Shown here: positions 59,250 through 63,761 of the stretch, piece by piece | How positions within the stretch are numbered: position 1 is the stretch's first letter | How the letters are laid out: each line of letters begins with the position of its first letter | Assembly: GCA_015680685.1 (NCBI GenBank) | Contig: MNCI01002786.1 | Span: 4,766 to 68,526 of the forward strand | Direction of reading: 5' to 3' | DNA from: Gnetum montanum | Taxonomy: Eukaryota > Plantae > Gnetophyta | DNA length: 63,761 nt | Position numbers and translations under genes: made by a program | Notes under the pieces: generated by a model | The model's input: only the letters and a program-made list of their open reading frames with translations | Told to the model about the DNA's origin: nothing | Database searches by the model: none

Positions 59250-62200
59250 ACTCAAGCATTGAAGAAATGAAGATCTTCTATTCACTGCAACTTAAATGTA
59301 AAAGCAAAGTAAGTTACAATCGAAGGGGTTCATTCCTATTTATAATTTTTAATAGAGAATTTTTCCTCTAGGAGAAGGACTTACACATGAAGGATCTTGG
59401 CCCCATCTTACTCTTTTTATAAATTTCTCAATCTCTAATCTCTTAAGATCTTTTTTCTTCAAGCAAACACACCTATAACATCTATTACGTCAAAGTAAAT
59501 ATAGCATTAGGAAAAGAAAGACTACCAATACCTTCCACTATTATCAACATCAAAATAAACATAGATGAAGAATTTTAGGAGGCACACATTCACACTATTT
59601 CTAACAAACCCTTCATTAGCATGCAATATGTGAGAATCATATAGTTTAAACCTTGAGGATCTCCTTTACTTGCTTCTTCCATCTTTGAGATGTTGATTGT
59701 CTTTAATAGGTAATTGACCTTGGAGGCTTGAAGTGGCTTTGTGAGTACATTAGCCAATTGATGTTGAGTAGGCACATACTTGGATAAGATGTTTCCCTCC
59801 TTCATTTCTTGCTTGATGAAGTAATAGTTGATGTTAACATGCTTGGACTTCTTATGATGGACATGCTCTTTTCAAAGTTTAATTGCTAATGTGTTGTCCA
59901 TTATGAGCTCAATGTACATAAAGACTTTAAAGCCTACTTGAGTGAAGAGCTTCTTAAGTGATAAGATATGTTGAATGCAATCTATCATTGTAATGAAGTG
60001 AGCCCCACATGATGATAGAGCTATGACACTTTGGTTATTGCTACTCCAATAGATGGGGTTGGTCCCATAGAAAATGATTGAGCTTGATATATGCTTCATC
60101 TCTAAAATATCTCCACCTCAAATAACATTACAAAATGCATGGAATTTGCAATCTCATTTAACAAATTTTATGGTAAAATCCATGGTCCCTTTTACATATC
60201 TCAAGATATGCTTGAGGGCATTCATGTGGCTAAGTCAAGGTTCTTTTATAAATCTTGAAACATAAGATGTGGAAAATTTAATATCAAGCCTTGAGTAACA
60301 AAGAAACCATAGGGATCCTATCATGCTTTTATAGAGATAAGCATAAACCAAGGGACTTTTATCTTTGACTTGGGATTTTTGATTTGGAGGAAGTGAAGTG
60401 GTGGCTATTCTTGCATCTTTTAGGTCATATTTTTCTATGATGTTTTCACCATAGTTAGTTTTTTACATCTTTAATGCATCCTTTTCTTGCTCTACCTGAA
60501 TTCCTAGGAAGTACCTTAGTATTTATAGATCCTTCATCTCAAATTCTTCTTTCACATTTTTCCTAAAGTTTGAAATCAATTTTTTAGAAGTTCATAAAAA
60601 GGCCAAGTTATCAACATATAATGATATCAATATTAAATTAATTCATACATATTTAAAATAGTGAGTAGGCTTAAACATAGAACTTTTATAGCCACTTTTG
60701 AGAAGAAAATTATTAATTCTATTCAACTAAGCTCTTAAAGCTTACTAGAGTATATATTGAGCTTTGTTGAGTTTGCATAACTTGTCTTCTTGTTCTTGAA
60801 TTTCAAATCCTTTATTTTGTAGAAAATAAATGTCTTCTTCTAGCATACTATTGAGGAAGACTAAGTTAACATTCATTTGATATGTTTTCACCTTGAGATT
60901 TACTACTATAAAGATCATATCTAGATTATTTGAAATGTTGTAAGAGGGCTAAATATTTTTTCATTATATATGTGCATATTTTGCTTAAAGTGCCTTACTA
61001 AAAACATTTTCTTATGAGTAAAAATGCTATCTTGTTTATCAAATTTAGTTTTAAACATCCACATGCTATCAATGACATTCTTATGCTTTGCTTTATCTAC
61101 TAAGATTGAACTATGGTTTTTTATTATTTCATCATACTTATTTTGCATTTCATCCTTTCATTCTTTGATTTTTAGGGATTCGTTCACACTTGATTGCTCA
61201 TTAATTAGGGCTACATAGAAAACATTAGATTTTTCTTAGCTTCTTATGTATCTTCTTTGGAAGCTAGCATGTAGAATATATGATGAGGGATGGTTCTTTT
61301 CCACTCATGGCCTTAGCTCATAGGCCTTTGCCTCCTTCTTTTTATCTTCTATTTGGATTTAGAATGAGTCACATCCTAAGGTTTATTCACCAAAGATTAA
61401 ACTTCTTGATACATATCACTTCTTCTCAGGTAGATCGCAACATTTGTAGTTAATTCTTTAGAATCATATCCAAGAAAGACACTTCCTACCTCTAGCATCT
61501 ATCTTCCTCATAAAAGCATTTAGGATCTTCACATAGCATACACATTCAAAAAATGTAAGATGGAAGAAATCTAGTACCTTTCCATATAATAATTCATAGG
61601 GATTTTTCTCACTTATGAAAGATGTAATGAACCTATTAAGGACAAAGGTGATCATGTGGATTGTCTCATTCCAATAAGAATTAGGAAGAGAGGCATGCTT
61701 TAACAAACATCTATACATTTCTTAGATCACAACATTCTTTCTCTCAGCTTCTTCATTACTTTTTGGTTCATAATCATATGTAGTTTTGTTTGAAATGCTA
61801 TGATTTTTAAAAATTCATTAAATTTCTCATTTATAAATTCACCTAATCTATCATTATAATTAATTTGATCTTAGAGCCAAGTCTATTTGGTACTAAGTTC
61901 TTGAAATTTTAAAAAATCATAAACACTTCATCTTTAGAATGAAGGATGTAGTTCCATGTATCTTGAGAAAAATCATCAATAATTACCAAAATATATTTAC
62001 CTCCTTCATGATAAATGGTGAGCATTGGACCCACAACAACCATTTGAATTAGCTCCAAATATTTAGTCCTTCTCTTACTTGAGTTAAAATGTAGAGGTGT
62101 CATTTGTTTGCCCTTTTAACATGTGTCACAAATTTCTTGAGGTGCTTCATGAAACTTACCTTTAATGGGTGCTTAATTCTTAATAAGCCTAAGAAGATTA

Positions 62201-63761
62201 TACTAGCAAGCATGAATAACCCTCCAATGTCAAAATCTTGCCATGTCACATTTTCAAGAATCTTAACTTGGACTTACATGAGTGGAGTGCATTGTTCCAA
62301 AACAATAGATATGATTTTTTAACATTAGAAAATTTGCAACTAGACCATGACTATTTGAGATGATGCATTCATTATTCTCAAAGAAAATCTTATTATCTTT
62401 TCTTAATATTTAATAAACTAAAAGAAGAAAGTTAGGAAATTAAGAAATACAGAATACATCCTAGGCTTGGATGGGATGTCCATTATTAAGAATAATTTGA
62501 TACTTTCCAATGCCTTAAATTTTACATAAGCCCCATCATCTACTTTAATTTACACAAGACTTTTATCATCTTTAAACTCTATGAAACAATTTTTATGATT
62601 ATTCAAATGATTAATACATTCACTATCAATTATCTAGGTAGAAGAATTGATTTTCTTAGTCATATAAAAAGTAGAAACATTTATATTAGATTCATCACCT
62701 ACTTGCTTACCGTTGTCTTGGGATGACAAAGAATATTCTTCTTATTATGCTTGATTGTTACCTTCTTGGATAGTAAGTTTTTGGAACTTCATTTGCTGGA
62801 TTGTTACCTTCTATGTGATCTTGCTTATTGCAATACTTACATCATTGAATTGATGAAGATGATATAAATGTGTTGCTCCTTTGTTGGAAATTAGATCTTC
62901 CACCTCCTCTTCTTTCTTTACCTTTGAATTTTAAAGGCTTTCTCTCTTGAGATGATACTTTATTCCTTTAAAAATTTGTTCTTTCTTTTCCTTATATTCC
63001 TTGGCCTCTACCATTTGAAGGATTTCAAGTAACATAGGCATTATATTGCCTTGATAATGAAGAGTTTTTTAACTCTTGAAAAGCCCTTAGAATTGATACA
63101 AGTTCATCTAAAGTGTAAGTAGATGGATCTTTGATTTGGACTATGGTTTCCACAACATTAACAAATCTATAGTCATCATACAACATAGCCATAACTTCAT
63201 GCACCTTTTGTTGTACAAAATAATTACAATTATACTCCCCAAGATTTATAAGACATGGTATGATCCTTTCAAGAAAATGCTCAAGGGGCTCATGTTTTTG
63301 TTCTTTATATTTTAAAATTTTATCCTTACTTTCAACTCCTTAATCTTTCTATTGGTTTTGTTTCCCTTATAATTCTTTTGATAGGCATCCTAACATTCTT
63401 TAGAGGTATTTTTAGTTATAATTTTAGCCCTAATGCCCTTAGTAAAACTTGTACAAATTATCATCTTAGAAAAAGCATCTAACATAGAATCAATAGAGAA
63501 TTACCTCCTTTTCTCTTTAGTTAGAGCATTAACATTTGAAGGAATTACAAGTCCATTTTTTTACTTATGACCAAACTCCATTAATTTGCAATAATGACTT
63601 AACCCAATGAGACTAATAAGAGAACTATTAAGATTCATTAAAGATGATAGAATAATTAGGAATATTTTTGAAGACCATTTTCATTACCTTCTTCTTAGTA
63701 AGTTCTTAGCTTTGGTACCACTTGTTAGAGATCAATAGTGAAACAAGATCTCTTTCAACTT
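59250..63761 (-). mobile_element. Decayed Ty1/copia retrotransposon; 5' LTR truncated by window end
   Basis: Order GAG-PR-INT-RT-RH. PBS TGGTACCAAAGC (63709-63720, near Met-type TGGTATCAGAGC) lies beside an LTR edge at 63723. PPT-like GAAGGG is followed by TGTTAG at 59606. The left LTR limit is uncertain. Confidence 0.88.
59690..63690 (-). pseudogene. copia gag-pol
   Basis: IIDSECINHL (PR, ~62620), LELIQMVVVGPM..VIIDDFS and LPNSYWNE (INT), VIDSMWMFKTK and LYVDNL (RT), IALSSCGAHF and QLANVLTKPL (RH). Confidence 0.9.

Overview
This is plant-type repetitive DNA with no recognisable intact host gene: a nest of decayed LTR retrotransposons whose boundaries can be read from target-site duplications (TSDs). 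Element A (Athila-like Ty3/gypsy, + strand, 1052-57971, TSD TTTAG/TTTAA) hosts two ~20-kb copies of one Tat-clade family on the - strand. These are B1 (3401-31120, TSD AGAAG, in A's gag) and B2 (37670-57159, TSD ATAGC, in A's 3' LTR). B1 in turn hosts a younger gag-protease-only Athila-like element C (18907-26320, TSD CTATC). A related LTR lies at 1-525 (-) and a decayed Ty1/copia element at ~59250-63761 (-). The most unusual feature is the architecture shared by B1 and B2. Gag-PR and RT-RH-aRH-INT are separated by a 6.4-6.8 kb segment with in-frame splice signals, resembling an Ogre intron but much larger. Inside it lies an antisense gene with six coding exons (~870 codons) whose introns preserve reading frame. 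Arrays of one ~20-bp motif bracket both this cassette and pol. All coding regions are pseudogenised, mostly by C>T/G>A changes. Coordinates were read by eye, and internal domain limits are approximate.
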